This document shows, in pieces, positions 10,497 through 19,821 of a DNA stretch of 64,000 nucleotides. Within the stretch, counting starts at the first letter, position 1. Every line of letters starts with the position of its first letter. This DNA comes from an uncultured bacterium. GTDB taxonomy: Bacteria; Patescibacteriota; Minisyncoccia; UBA6257; GWB1-50-10. Location: contig OY970216.1 in the NCBI GenBank assembly GCA_963713955.1, positions 136,075 to 200,074 of the forward strand, given 5' to 3'. The translations under genes and the position numbers were made by a program. A model generated the notes under the pieces. It ran no database searches, was not told where the DNA came from, and was given only the letters and a program-made list of their open reading frames with translations.

Positions 10497-12338
10497 ATGA
10501 ACAAATTCGTTAAAAGTTTTTTGATTGGCATCATAACTCTTTTTGCATTTGCGTTCATCTTCTCCCTGTTTTCAGGATCCTCGGGCGTGAGTCCCAAGCA
10601 GATAACAGTAGGCCAGCTCGCCCAAGACGTGAGTGCGGGAACCGTGAAAGACCTCACCGTAAACGGTAACGATCTCAAGATCGATCTCACCGATGGTAGC
10701 ACAGCCATCTCGCAAAAAGAGGCCGAAACGGGGATTGTCGAGACGCTTCGGAATCTCGGCATCTCTTCCACGTCGATCTCGAAGGTGAACATAAATGTGG
10801 AGAACGAAAGTGGCGCGAAGTACTGGGCCGGCGTCTTGATTCCCACGCTTCTCCCGCTCATCCTTATGGTTGCCTTCTTTTGGTTTATATTCAGGCAAGC
10901 GAAGACGGGCGCGAACCAGGCGTTCAATTTCGGGAAGGTGAACATACGGCTTTTTTCTTCGAACAAGGACAAAGTCACCTTCAAGGACGTTGCCGGTCTC
11001 AAGGAAGCCAAGGAAGAGTTGACTGAGGTGGTGGATTTCTTGAAACATCCGCAGAAGTTTTTGGAAATCGGCGCGCGGATCCCGCGGGGGGTTCTCTTGG
11101 TGGGACCGCCGGGGACCGGGAAAACACTCCTCGCGAGGGCTGTTGCCGGCGAGAGCAATGTTCCGTTTTTTCACATCTCCGCGTCCGAGTTCGTCGAGAT
11201 GTTCGTGGGAGTCGGTGCATCGCGCGTACGGGATCTTTTCCAAACAGCAAAGAAAGCTGCCCCCTCGATCATATTCGTGGATGAAATAGACGCCGTGGGC
11301 CGCGAACGCGGCACCGGCCTCGGCGGCGGCCACGACGAGCGCGAGCAAACGCTGAATCAGATATTGGTTGAAATGGACGGGTTCGATCGGGACACGAACG
11401 TCATTGTGATGGCGGCCACGAATCGGCCGGATATCCTTGACTCAGCGCTCCTCCGGCCGGGAAGATTCGACCGGCGGGTAGTTTTGGATATCCCGGACAT
11501 CAACGATAGGGAAGAGATTTTGAAAATACATTCCGCGGGGAAACGCTTCGAGAAAGACGTTGATTTGAGGGTCGTCGCGGTCCGAACTCCTGGGTTCTCG
11601 GGCGCCGATCTCGCCAACCTGGTCAACGAAGCTGCCATATCGGCCGCCCGGAAAAACCAGCGGACGATAACTCAAGCCGACCTCTTGGATTCGATAGAGA
11701 AAGTAATGCTCGGCCCGGAGAGGAAATCGCGGGCCATATCCCCGAAGGAAAAAGAAATAACCGCCTATCACGAGGCGGGCCACGCGCTGGTTGCCGCGAT
11801 GCTTAAAGATGCGGACCCCGTGCACAAAGTTTCGATCATCTCGCGGGGTCTCGCCGGCGGCTACACATTGAAACTCCCGATTGAAGAAAGGCACCTGAGA
11901 ACCAGGGCCCAATTCCTCGCTGATTTGGCGGTCGCGTTCGGCGGATATGTCGCCGAAATTTCCGTGTTTGGTGATATTTCGACCGGCTCATCTTCCGATA
12001 TTAAGGAGGCCACGGAAATGGCGAAGCGGATGGTCACGACGTACGGTATGAGCGACCTCGGCCCCCGTTCGTTCGGCAAGACCGAAGACATGATTTTCCT
12101 GGGGCGCGAGATAACCACGGAGAAGGACTACTCGGAGGAAGTGGGGAACAAGATAGACGAGGCGGTGAATAATTTCGTTCAGAAAACTTTTGGGGCTGCC
12201 AGGAGCATCATCTCCAAAAACAAGAAAGTTCTCGACAAAATAGCGAGCGTACTCATCGAGAAAGAAACCCTGGAAAAGGAGGATTTCTACGCGATCATCA
12301 AGAGCTTTAACTTGAAACCAATCGCCATAAAAGCATAG
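10497..12338 (+). CDS. ftsH: ATP-dependent zinc metalloprotease FtsH
   Basis: 2 TM, Walker [12 protein letters not shown] 'LLRPGRFDR', HEAGH. Confidence 0.98.
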   Translation: MNKFVKSFLIGIITLFAFAFIFSLFSGSSGVSPKQITVGQLAQDVSAGTVKDLTVNGNDLKIDLTDGSTAISQKEAETGIVETLRNLGISSTSISKVNINVENESGAKYWAGVLIPTLLPLILMVAFFWFIFRQAKTGANQAFNFGKVNIRLFSSNKDKVTFKDVAGLKEAKEELTEVVDFLKHPQKFLEIGARIPRGVLLVGPPGTGKTLLARAVAGESNVPFFHISASEFVEMFVGVGASRVRDLFQTAKKAAPSIIFVDEIDAVGRERGTGLGGGHDEREQTLNQILVEMDGFDRDTNVIVMAATNRPDILDSALLRPGRFDRRVVLDIPDINDREEILKIHSAGKRFEKDVDLRVVAVRTPGFSGADLANLVNEAAISAARKNQRTITQADLLDSIEKVMLGPERKSRAISPKEKEITAYHEAGHALVAAMLKDADPVHKVSIISRGLAGGYTLKLPIEERHLRTRAQFLADLAVAFGGYVAEISVFGDISTGSSSDIKEATEMAKRMVTTYGMSDLGPRSFGKTEDMIFLGREITTEKDYSEEVGNKIDEAVNNFVQKTFGAARSIISKNKKVLDKIASVLIEKETLEKEDFYAIIKSFNLKPIAIKA

Positions 12339-12351
12339 AATATCCTAAGAA

Positions 12352-12423
12352 CGGCACGTAGCTCAATGGCAGAGCAGACGTCTTATACACGTCCGGTTGT
12401 AGGTTCGACTCCTACCGTGCCGA
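12352..12423 (+). tRNA. tRNA with anticodon UAU (Ile by anticodon)
   Basis: Full cloverleaf: CGGCACG/CGTGCCG, anticodon arm GACGT-CT TAT AC-ACGTC, T loop TTCGACT. Confidence 0.88.
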
Positions 12424-12442
12424 CTCTCTTTCAGGCGTATCG

Positions 12443-12514
12443 GGGCAGTTAGTTCAATGGCAGAACGTCTGTTTTACACACAGAAGGTTGTAGGTCCGAT
12501 TCCTACACTGCCCA
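12443..12514 (+). tRNA. tRNA-Val(UAC)
   Basis: GGGCAGT/ACTGCCC acceptor, TCTGT-TT TAC AC-ACAGA; variant T loop TCCGATT. Confidence 0.9.
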
Positions 12515-12538
12515 CTGAAAATTTGGAATTGATTTTCA

Positions 12539-12567
12539 TTGACAAAAAGGGCCAGCGGACTTAGCTT
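12539..12567 (+). promoter_or_regulatory. sigma70-type promoter, probably giving a leaderless mRNA
   Basis: TTGACA-N17-TAGCTT, 6 nt before ATG 12574. Confidence 0.55.
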
Positions 12568-12573
12568 GAAAGA

Positions 12574-13092
12574 ATGGACGTGAATGGATCAAGCTTAAAG
12601 TTCAATACGTCTTACGGATTGCAGATTGATCTTGAGTCGGTTGCCGACGAGGTCGTTTCTTTCATGGAACGGAAGCCCCAATCTTCGTACAAGATAACGA
12701 TCGGGAGCGATTCCGAGCTCTTGGAGGACAAGACCGCCGATTTTGTGACGGCCGTCGTCGTTCACCGCATCGGAAACGGCGGCAGATATTTCTGGAGGAG
12801 GGTGAAACTCGGCAAATTCTACAATCTGCACGACCGGATCGTGAGGGAAGTTATGCTCTCGATCGACGCTTCGAACGCGTTCCTGAACGTTTTGAAGACG
12901 AAGATCCAATTGAAAGCCGAAGAAGGCCTCAATTTCAGGTGGGATTTTGAAATCCATGTCGACGTCGGCGAAAACGGACCGACGAAGACGCTCATCCAGG
13001 AAGTGGTAGGGATGGTCCGGGCGCACAATTTCGAGGCGAAGACGAAACCCGAGAGCTACGCTGCTTCGAACGTCGCGGACATTTATGCATAA
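12574..13092 (+). CDS. RNase H-like YkuK (DUF458) family protein
   Basis: 'IGSDS', 'FVTAVVVHRIGNGGR', 'EIHVDVGENG', 'KPESYAASNVAD'. Confidence 0.85.
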   Translation: MDVNGSSLKFNTSYGLQIDLESVADEVVSFMERKPQSSYKITIGSDSELLEDKTADFVTAVVVHRIGNGGRYFWRRVKLGKFYNLHDRIVREVMLSIDASNAFLNVLKTKIQLKAEEGLNFRWDFEIHVDVGENGPTKTLIQEVVGMVRAHNFEAKTKPESYAASNVADIYA

Positions 13093-13655
13093 TGGATACC
13101 CTCGTTATCGACATCGAAACCAAGAACTCTTTCCAGGACGTTGGCGGGAGAGACAATCTGAAAGACTTGGAGGTTTCGGTAATCGGGGTTTATTCGTATG
13201 AATCTGACAAGTACAGGGCTTTTGACGAGCATGAACTTGATGATTTCGGCAAAATCCTCCAAAAAACGCAGCTTATCGTCACGTTTGCTGGCAAGCGTTT
13301 CGATCTGCCCGTGATGTCCAAGTATTTCGACTTTGACATCCGGGCCATACGGCATTTCGATATTCTCGAGGAAATAGAAGAAAAATACGGCCGCCGGATC
13401 GGCCTTGGCATACTTGCGGAAGCCAACATCGGCGCCGGCAAAACCGGCCATGGGATGGAAGCCGTCGATCTTTACGCGCGGGGCGAAATGGAGAAGCTTA
13501 AAAGTTACTGCCTGAATGATGTAAAATTAACGAGAGGATTGTACGATCTCATCAAGAGCCGGGGGTACCTCTGGATGCCGCAGCGGAATTCGAATGAGAT
13601 GATCAAAGTCGAAATCGCCCCGGCCGAAGAATCGCAGCAAAACCAACTAATCTAA
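13092..13655 (+). CDS. RNase H-like / 3'-5' exonuclease domain protein (YprB-like)
   Basis: 'VIDIET', 'RFDLP', 'YCLNDV' DEDD-type motifs. Confidence 0.8.
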   Translation: MDTLVIDIETKNSFQDVGGRDNLKDLEVSVIGVYSYESDKYRAFDEHELDDFGKILQKTQLIVTFAGKRFDLPVMSKYFDFDIRAIRHFDILEEIEEKYGRRIGLGILAEANIGAGKTGHGMEAVDLYARGEMEKLKSYCLNDVKLTRGLYDLIKSRGYLWMPQRNSNEMIKVEIAPAEESQQNQLI

Positions 13656-13666
13656 TCCCTGGAACA

Positions 13667-13990
13667 ATGTTCAAACTGAAAAAAAACAAGGTAATAGTGA
13701 CAGTCTTTGCGGTACTCCTCGCGTTAAGCGTCGTTTCCATTTATATACCGGCGCTTTTTCCTCCTCAAACGCAAAGCGCAATCCCGGTAAACCAAAACCA
13801 AAGTTCTTACCCTGCAACGGCGGCAACCACCACGGGAACAACTACGCCGGAAACGCCTTCTTCGACTCCGAACCAAAAAGTCAGCAGCCCGTCAACTTCG
13901 ACGTCGAATCTTCCTTCCAGCTTGCAAGGTTTGCAGGGGGAGGAAAACGGCCTGAATGACATCCAGAACAGTTTGAATAATGGAAAATGA
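13667..13990 (+). CDS. hypothetical membrane-anchored S/T/P-rich protein
   Basis: N-terminal TM plus low-complexity tail; overlaps glyA start. Confidence 0.65.
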   Translation: MFKLKKNKVIVTVFAVLLALSVVSIYIPALFPPQTQSAIPVNQNQSSYPATAATTTGTTTPETPSSTPNQKVSSPSTSTSNLPSSLQGLQGEENGLNDIQNSLNNGK

Positions 13991-15147
13991 GGGATAAAGA
14001 AATCGAACGGTTAATAAAGGAAGAGGAAGCGAGAGAAAGAAAAACGGTTGATCTCATAGCTTCCGAGAATTTCGTCTCGGATGACGTTTCGAAAGCGTTA
14101 GGGTCGGTTTTTACGAACAAGTACGCGGAAGGGTATCCCGGCGCGAGATATTACAGCGGCATGGCTGTGGCCGATAAACTGGAAAACCTCGTGAGGGCGA
14201 GGGCTTTGAAGCTCTTCAGGTTGTCTCCGAAGCAGTGGTGCGTCAGCGTGCAGCCGTATTCGGGGTCGCCCGCGAACTTAGCAATCTATCTGGCCCTTGT
14301 TCCACCTGGAGAAAAAATCATGGGGATGAGTCTTGCGATGGGTGGCCACCTGACGCACGGCCAGAGAGTGAGCGTGACGGGAAAGATATGGCAGCAAGTC
14401 CCCTACGGTGTTTCACAGAAAACGGAAACCCTCGATTACGCCGAGATTTTGAGAATAGCCAAGAAAGAAGAACCAAAGATCATCGTCGCCGGGTACACGG
14501 CGTATCCCCGGATCATCGATTTCGGCAAGTTCAGGAAAATAGCCGATAGCGTCGGGGCAATCCTTATGGTTGATATGTCTCACTTCGCGGGCCTCGTGGC
14601 CGGCGGTGTATACCCCTCTCCCTTCAGATATGCGGATATCGTTATGACGACGACGCATAAAACGCTCCGCGGACCCCGCGGCGCGATGATCTTTTCCAAG
14701 AAAGAGTATTCTCCGATGATCGATAAAGCAGTTTTCCCGGGCCTCCAGGGCGGACCGCACTTGAACGCGATCGCAGCAATTGGTGTAGCTCTTTACGAAG
14801 ATAGTAAACCTGCTTTTAAAACGTACGCGAGGCAGGTTGTGAAGAACGCGAAGGTCTTGGCCGGAGAATTGCAAAAACTCGGGTGGCGGATCGTTTCCGG
14901 CGGCACGGATACCCACCTCATTTTGGTGGATACCATGTCCCGCGGGATCGGCGGCAAGGAAGCAGCCGAGAAGCTCGAAAAAGCCGGGATAATAGTGAAT
15001 AAAAACACGATCCCCTACGACACGCGAAAGCCGATGGATCCGTCGGGCATTCGCCTCGGCACGCCGGCCGTCACGACGCGCGGGATGAAAGAGGACAATA
15101 TGAAAAGGATCGCCCAAAAGGTAAACGTGGTCTTGACAGGGAAATAG
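13987..15147 (+). CDS. glyA: serine hydroxymethyltransferase
   Basis: 'LIASEN', 'NKYAEGYPG', 'TTTHKTLRGPRG', 'FPGLQGGP'. Confidence 0.98.
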   Translation: MRDKEIERLIKEEEARERKTVDLIASENFVSDDVSKALGSVFTNKYAEGYPGARYYSGMAVADKLENLVRARALKLFRLSPKQWCVSVQPYSGSPANLAIYLALVPPGEKIMGMSLAMGGHLTHGQRVSVTGKIWQQVPYGVSQKTETLDYAEILRIAKKEEPKIIVAGYTAYPRIIDFGKFRKIADSVGAILMVDMSHFAGLVAGGVYPSPFRYADIVMTTTHKTLRGPRGAMIFSKKEYSPMIDKAVFPGLQGGPHLNAIAAIGVALYEDSKPAFKTYARQVVKNAKVLAGELQKLGWRIVSGGTDTHLILVDTMSRGIGGKEAAEKLEKAGIIVNKNTIPYDTRKPMDPSGIRLGTPAVTTRGMKEDNMKRIAQKVNVVLTGK

Positions 15148-15186
15148 TCGCTCCATGATAATAGAACTATCATCAAAATCACGCAT

Positions 15187-15279
15187 ATGAACCAAAGAAA
15201 CCTCAATTTCTTCTTTATGGTTTGGCAGTGGACCTACAAAAAGTCCGAGGTTTCTTTTAGTTCTCCTTTTGCAAGTTGA
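15187..15279 (+). CDS. putative 30-aa leader/precursor peptide MNQRNLNFFFMVWQWTYKKSEVSFSSPFAS
   Basis: Hand-translated ORF below the track cutoff; TTGACA at 15133 upstream, terminator hairpin downstream. Confidence 0.45.
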   Translation: MNQRNLNFFFMVWQWTYKKSEVSFSSPFAS

Positions 15280-15311
15280 TTGTCAAAATAATTCAAAAAG
15301 AAGCATTAAGA

Positions 15312-15347
15312 GAAGCCCCGGACAAAGTTCGGGGCTTCAAAGTTTTT
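15312..15347 (+). terminator. terminator/attenuator hairpin upstream of the ATP-grasp-like gene
   Basis: GAAGCCCCGGAC-AAA-GTTCGGGGCTTC followed by AAAGTTTTT. Confidence 0.7.
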
Positions 15348-15383
15348 AACCAGTTCATTAACTTTTAAATAGGAGTAGACAAG

Positions 15384-16730
15384 ATGGAAACAGCAATTGT
15401 TGCAACTGCCCCAACGGCCTTAGGAACCGTCGTTGAGAAATCGAATATCCGTTCATCTCTTGGCCCGTTTCTCACTTTCCCTGACTACAGAGTCCAATAT
15501 CCAGAGAAGATCGTTCGAGCGCTCGGGACGCTGTACCGGGAGTACAACAGGTCGTTCGGCCCCCTGGTAGAAATGAATAGAGAGTGGGAGGGCGACTACC
15601 GATATTGCTTTCCGAACAGCGTACCAATCAATTACGCCGTTCAGGTTGACATGACGGGATTGCCGGACGAGTTGCTTACCGCTGCGGTTGGCATGTCGGA
15701 TGGCAATGTGGAAGAGGTTCTACGGGACAGGATCTTTGAAATCGAAAATTCTCTTGCCATGTATCAATTCCTGCTGGAGGTTTTCCCGGGACATTTCAAG
15801 GGGCCATTCCAAGCGCTTCTCGCTAGCCTGAGGGGGAGATATGGAATGCCGATCGCCCTTTTGGCAGTGACTGATCAGAAGTACCAATCAATGAGAGAAT
15901 CGGAATTTGGCAAATCGTCCGGCGACATCCTAACGGACGACGAGGTGAAAAAGCTATCCGGCTTCGATAAGTTCTTTAGTCCGAGTGAATTCCAGGAATA
16001 TCTTGCAACGAATGGCGGAGAGTGTGGGTTTCTTCTCTATGCCCGCACCTCCGACCCCATTGCAAAATTGAGGCAGCCGAGCCTGGAGGTTGAACATCCA
16101 TTGCTTGGAGAAGCAGAAACGAGGAAGATCATTAAGGAATATGCCCTTACCTTTAACGTTGATGCTCCTCGGATGGCTTACAACCATCGGATCAACGATA
16201 CGAAGGAATACTTACCGCCGATGAGAATGGCATTTCCGTTGTATGTCGAGAGGGATTTGTACTCTTACGAACTCACAGAGTATCTATCCCGCGGGAAACC
16301 TTATCTGGAGTTTCCTTCCGGCAATCGACTTTCTCCCGGTTTTGCCGACTATCTGGAAAGTCGGAAGATCGATCCGGATGACGTGGATTGCGGCCGGCAA
16401 TTTCTCCGCTTTAAGCCGATGAAAGGCGCGTACGGATGCTATGGTCACATTCGAGGGTCTCTTGCTAAAGCCGATGTCCGGAAGGGTTTGCGGAAAAACC
16501 TGCAAGAGCGCGGGGCGTATGTTGTGCAACCGGAAATGCAGATGTCCACCGTCGTGAGCGCGACCGGGAAGGCGTATTCGTACATCGATAGGAACTTCTT
16601 GGGATTCGTGAACGACGAAGTCAGGTTCTTGGGCGGTTTCCGATCGTTCCTGGAAATTGATTCCGAGGAAGTTAAAAACGGAAGGAATCATGGGAACCGA
16701 TCGACCATCTATGCCGCTATTACTGTCTGA
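15384..16730 (+). CDS. putative circularly permuted ATP-grasp (GspS/GshB-like) amide ligase
   Basis: Motif order QVD..FEIEN..NDTK..FKPMKGAYGCYG..YVVQPE matches the CP-ATP-grasp layout; RBS AGGAG. Confidence 0.55.
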   Translation: METAIVATAPTALGTVVEKSNIRSSLGPFLTFPDYRVQYPEKIVRALGTLYREYNRSFGPLVEMNREWEGDYRYCFPNSVPINYAVQVDMTGLPDELLTAAVGMSDGNVEEVLRDRIFEIENSLAMYQFLLEVFPGHFKGPFQALLASLRGRYGMPIALLAVTDQKYQSMRESEFGKSSGDILTDDEVKKLSGFDKFFSPSEFQEYLATNGGECGFLLYARTSDPIAKLRQPSLEVEHPLLGEAETRKIIKEYALTFNVDAPRMAYNHRINDTKEYLPPMRMAFPLYVERDLYSYELTEYLSRGKPYLEFPSGNRLSPGFADYLESRKIDPDDVDCGRQFLRFKPMKGAYGCYGHIRGSLAKADVRKGLRKNLQERGAYVVQPEMQMSTVVSATGKAYSYIDRNFLGFVNDEVRFLGGFRSFLEIDSEEVKNGRNHGNRSTIYAAITV

Positions 16731-16751
16731 CGTTCATTTGTGTTACATTGA

Positions 16752-16785
16752 AGCCGTGGCCTTACAAGGTACACGGCTCATTTTT
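16752..16785 (+). terminator. hairpin with T tract between ligase and peptidase
   Basis: AGCCGTG-GCCTT..AAGGT-ACACGGCT then CATTTTT. Confidence 0.5.
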
Positions 16786-16789
16786 AAAT

Positions 16790-17860
16790 ATGAAAACTAG
16801 CATCGTTTCACTGACAAAAAAATTCGTGGCCATAAAGTCCACAGCAGGAAATCCGACAGCGTTAAAGAGTATTTTAAGCCTTGCTTCTTCGGAGTTGAAA
16901 GGATATTCAATAGAGCGGTTCACTCGTAACGGCATGCGAAGCGCCCTCGTTTTTAATTCGAAGAAGAGACCAGAAAAGTTCAGGGTTATATTGAACGCAC
17001 ATCTGGACGTTATACCGGGAAAGGAAGGGCAGTACATACCCCGGATGAAGGGAAGCAGACTTTACGGCGTCGGCTCCCTGGATATGAAGGGAGGCGCTGC
17101 GTGTCTCATTGCTGTATTTCGAGAAGTTGCAAGGATGGTGGATTATCAACTCGGCTTACAGCTCACGACCGATGAGGAAATCGGAGGGTTTAATGGCACG
17201 AAGTATCAGATAAGCAAGGGAGTGCGGGCGGATTTCGCCATTACAGCAGAGCCGACTAACCTGGAAGTTGTTAATGAAGCAAAAGGAGTTACGTGGATGA
17301 AGATTTCGTGTCGCGGTACAACGGCCCATAGTGCATATCCTTGGCGAGGGGAAAACGCGATTTGGAAAATGAACGAGTTTCTTAACGTTCTGAAAAGAAA
17401 GTACCCAGTTCCCCAACGGGAAAAGTGGACAACGACTGTTAACGTGAGCAAGATTGAGACGGATAACCAGTCATTTAATAAAATTCCCAGTGATTGCGCA
17501 ATTTTATTGGATATTCGTTCCACTCCCAAAGAAGCCGGTTCCGTAGTGAGGGACATCAAGGGATTACTGCCGAAGGGATTCGCCGTAGAAGTTGTGGTGA
17601 AAGAACCAGCGTTCAAAACCCCCGCTCACAACAAGTACGTAGAGAAATTGCGAATGGTGGGAGAAGCAGTCTCGGGGGGAAAGATCGCCTTGCGCGGCGC
17701 TCACGGATCTTCTGACGTGAGACACTTTACCTCCGTGCATTGTCCGGGGATTGAATTTGGACCAGCCGGTGGAGGTATCGGGAGCGACAACGAATGGGTA
17801 GATGTTCGAAGTCTTGCAACATACCGCAAGATACTGAGAGAGTTTTTATTGTCCTTGTAG
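16790..17860 (+). CDS. M20 family metallopeptidase (ArgE/DapE/CPG2-like)
   Basis: 'NAHLDV', 'GSLDMKGG', 'DEE', 'AEPT', 'AHSAYPW'. Confidence 0.9.
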   Translation: MKTSIVSLTKKFVAIKSTAGNPTALKSILSLASSELKGYSIERFTRNGMRSALVFNSKKRPEKFRVILNAHLDVIPGKEGQYIPRMKGSRLYGVGSLDMKGGAACLIAVFREVARMVDYQLGLQLTTDEEIGGFNGTKYQISKGVRADFAITAEPTNLEVVNEAKGVTWMKISCRGTTAHSAYPWRGENAIWKMNEFLNVLKRKYPVPQREKWTTTVNVSKIETDNQSFNKIPSDCAILLDIRSTPKEAGSVVRDIKGLLPKGFAVEVVVKEPAFKTPAHNKYVEKLRMVGEAVSGGKIALRGAHGSSDVRHFTSVHCPGIEFGPAGGGIGSDNEWVDVRSLATYRKILREFLLSL

Positions 17861-17895
17861 AATATGGGGGCGAAAACGTACTATTATTGAGTACT

Positions 17896-18708
17896 ATGAT
17901 GATCGATGGCAAAAAAATCGCGGAGGAACTCCTCGGCGAGTTGAAAAAGAAGCCAAAACCGGAGAAATTTCTGGCGGGAATCCTCGTCGGGGACGACCCG
18001 GCGTCTTTGAGTTTCTTGGAGCAGAAGAAGAGAGTCGCCGAAGAACTCGGGGTTGATTTCAGGATATACAAGCTCGCCGCCGAGCTCGGAAACGACAAAC
18101 TTCGGGAAGAAGTCAGAAAAATCGCGGAACATAAGACGTGCGGCGGGGCGCTCATCGAACTTCCCCTTCCAACCTCGTTGAACCGCCATTACGTTTTGAA
18201 TGCGATACCGCGGGGAAAGGACGTCGATGTCTTGGGCGAGCGGGCGCTCGGCGCTTTCTATACGGGCCGCAATCCGGTCTTACCGCCCGTTGCGGAAACG
18301 ACGCTCGAGATTCTGAAGAGAGTCAACTTTGACTTGAAGGGTAAAAGAGTAGGCGTCGTGGGAACGGGATTCTTGATTGGGCGGCCGATCGTCGCATGGT
18401 TCATGAACAAGGTGGAGGAAATCTATGTCGTGCATAAAGGCAGCGATTTCTCGATACTGAAGAAAGCGGACCTTGTTATCCTCGGAACCGGCCAGCCGGC
18501 GCTCGTGAAGCCCTCCATGCTGAAAGATGGCGCCGGCGTGATCGATTTCGGATACGGAAAGATCGAGGGAAAAATAACGGGAGATCTCGATGTCTCTGAG
18601 TCAGTTTCCAATTTGTCTTTTTACACGCCCGTGCCGGGCGGTGCCGGGCCAGTCCTCATCGCCAAGCTCTTCGAGAACTTCTATTCCTTAAACGGGGAGA
18701 AGTCATAG
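17896..18708 (+). CDS. folD: methylene-THF dehydrogenase/cyclohydrolase
   Basis: 'IDGKKIA', 'LVGDDPAS', 'KDVD', 'TPVPGGAGP'. Confidence 0.9.
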   Translation: MMIDGKKIAEELLGELKKKPKPEKFLAGILVGDDPASLSFLEQKKRVAEELGVDFRIYKLAAELGNDKLREEVRKIAEHKTCGGALIELPLPTSLNRHYVLNAIPRGKDVDVLGERALGAFYTGRNPVLPPVAETTLEILKRVNFDLKGKRVGVVGTGFLIGRPIVAWFMNKVEEIYVVHKGSDFSILKKADLVILGTGQPALVKPSMLKDGAGVIDFGYGKIEGKITGDLDVSESVSNLSFYTPVPGGAGPVLIAKLFENFYSLNGEKS

Positions 18709-18724
18709 ATCCAGGAACTCAGGA

Positions 18725-18757
18725 AAAGAGCGGGGCGCCTTCAGTGCCCCGCTCTTT
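18725..18757. terminator. bidirectional terminator between folD and recA
   Basis: AAAGAGCGGGGC...GCCCCGCTCTTT. Confidence 0.8.
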
Positions 18758-18782
18758 AGTTCGCCTACCGGACTCTCTTTCG

Positions 18783-19820
18783 TTATTCTCCTTCGCTGGC
18801 AATTGCCTTCTTGCTGGCTGCTTCACGGGTTGCTTTTTCGATCGTGGTCAAAAGTTTTTTGTCTTCCTTGAGCTTTTCGCGTACGTTGTCGAACCCGTTC
18901 CCCAGCTTTTCGCCGTTGAATGAGTAGCTCGCGCCGTTCTTTGAAACGACGCCGTACTTCACGGCCGTGTTCAAAACATCAGCCTCGTAGGAAATTCCCT
19001 CGCCGAACAGAATATCGAACTCGGCGACCTTGAAGGGCGGCGCAACTTTGTTTTTCACCACTTTCGCCTTGACCCGGTTCCCGACGGACTCCTCCCCCTT
19101 CTTGATCTGGGCAATTCTTCTTATATCGATTCTGACCGACGCGTAAAACTTGAGGGCCATACCTCCGGGCGTCGTTTCCGGATTCCCGAATATTATTCCT
19201 ATCTTCATCCTCGTTTGGTTTATGAATATGACGATGGTGCCCGATCTGTCGGCTATAGCCGTGAGTTTGCGAAGAGCCTGCGACATGAGTCTTGCTTGGA
19301 GCCCCATGTGTTGGGCGCCCATCTCCCCTTCTATTTCCGCTTTGGGGGTCAGGGCTGCGACTGAGTCGATGACGACGACGTCGATGATCCCCGATCTCAC
19401 AAGGCTTTCCAGAATGTTTAAAGCCTCCTCGCCGCTGTCCGGCTGGGAGATGATGAGATCCTTCACTTTCACACCGATTTTTTCCGCATATTCCGGGTCG
19501 AGCGCGTGCTCGGCGTCGATGAACGCCACTTTCCCTCCCCGTTTCTGGGCTTCGGCGACGGCGTGGAGCGCAAGTGTCGTCTTCCCCGAACTTTCAGGGC
19601 CGAAGATCTCAACAATCCTGCCTTTCGGAAGTCCTCCTCCGAGGGCGAGATCCAGCGAGAACGAGCCGGAAGGAATGGCGTCAACCTTGGTTCTTTTTAC
19701 CTCCCCGAGTTTCATGACCGACCCCTCCCCAAAGCGCGACTGGAGCGACTCGAGGAGTGAATCGATGTTTCCCGATTGGTTTTCTTTTGATGATTCTTTT
19801 TGCTTTTTGTTTACCGCCAT
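18783..19820 (-). CDS. recA: recombinase RecA
   Basis: 'GPESSGKTT', 'DSVAAL', 'ETTPGG.ALKFYAS'. Confidence 0.99.
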   Translation of the reverse strand: MAVNKKQKESSKENQSGNIDSLLESLQSRFGEGSVMKLGEVKRTKVDAIPSGSFSLDLALGGGLPKGRIVEIFGPESSGKTTLALHAVAEAQKRGGKVAFIDAEHALDPEYAEKIGVKVKDLIISQPDSGEEALNILESLVRSGIIDVVVIDSVAALTPKAEIEGEMGAQHMGLQARLMSQALRKLTAIADRSGTIVIFINQTRMKIGIIFGNPETTPGGMALKFYASVRIDIRRIAQIKKGEESVGNRVKAKVVKNKVAPPFKVAEFDILFGEGISYEADVLNTAVKYGVVSKNGASYSFNGEKLGNGFDNVREKLKEDKKLLTTIEKATREAASKKAIASEGE

Positions 19821-19821
19821 T

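Noticed and set aside
15150-15380. T-box or known riboswitch (glycine, THF, ZTP)
   Set aside because: No T-box AAGGTGGTACC-like motif or aptamer consensus visible; an Rfam search would be needed to exclude it fully
5682-19820. Inteins or introns in gyrA or recA
   Set aside because: Both have normal length and uninterrupted motifs
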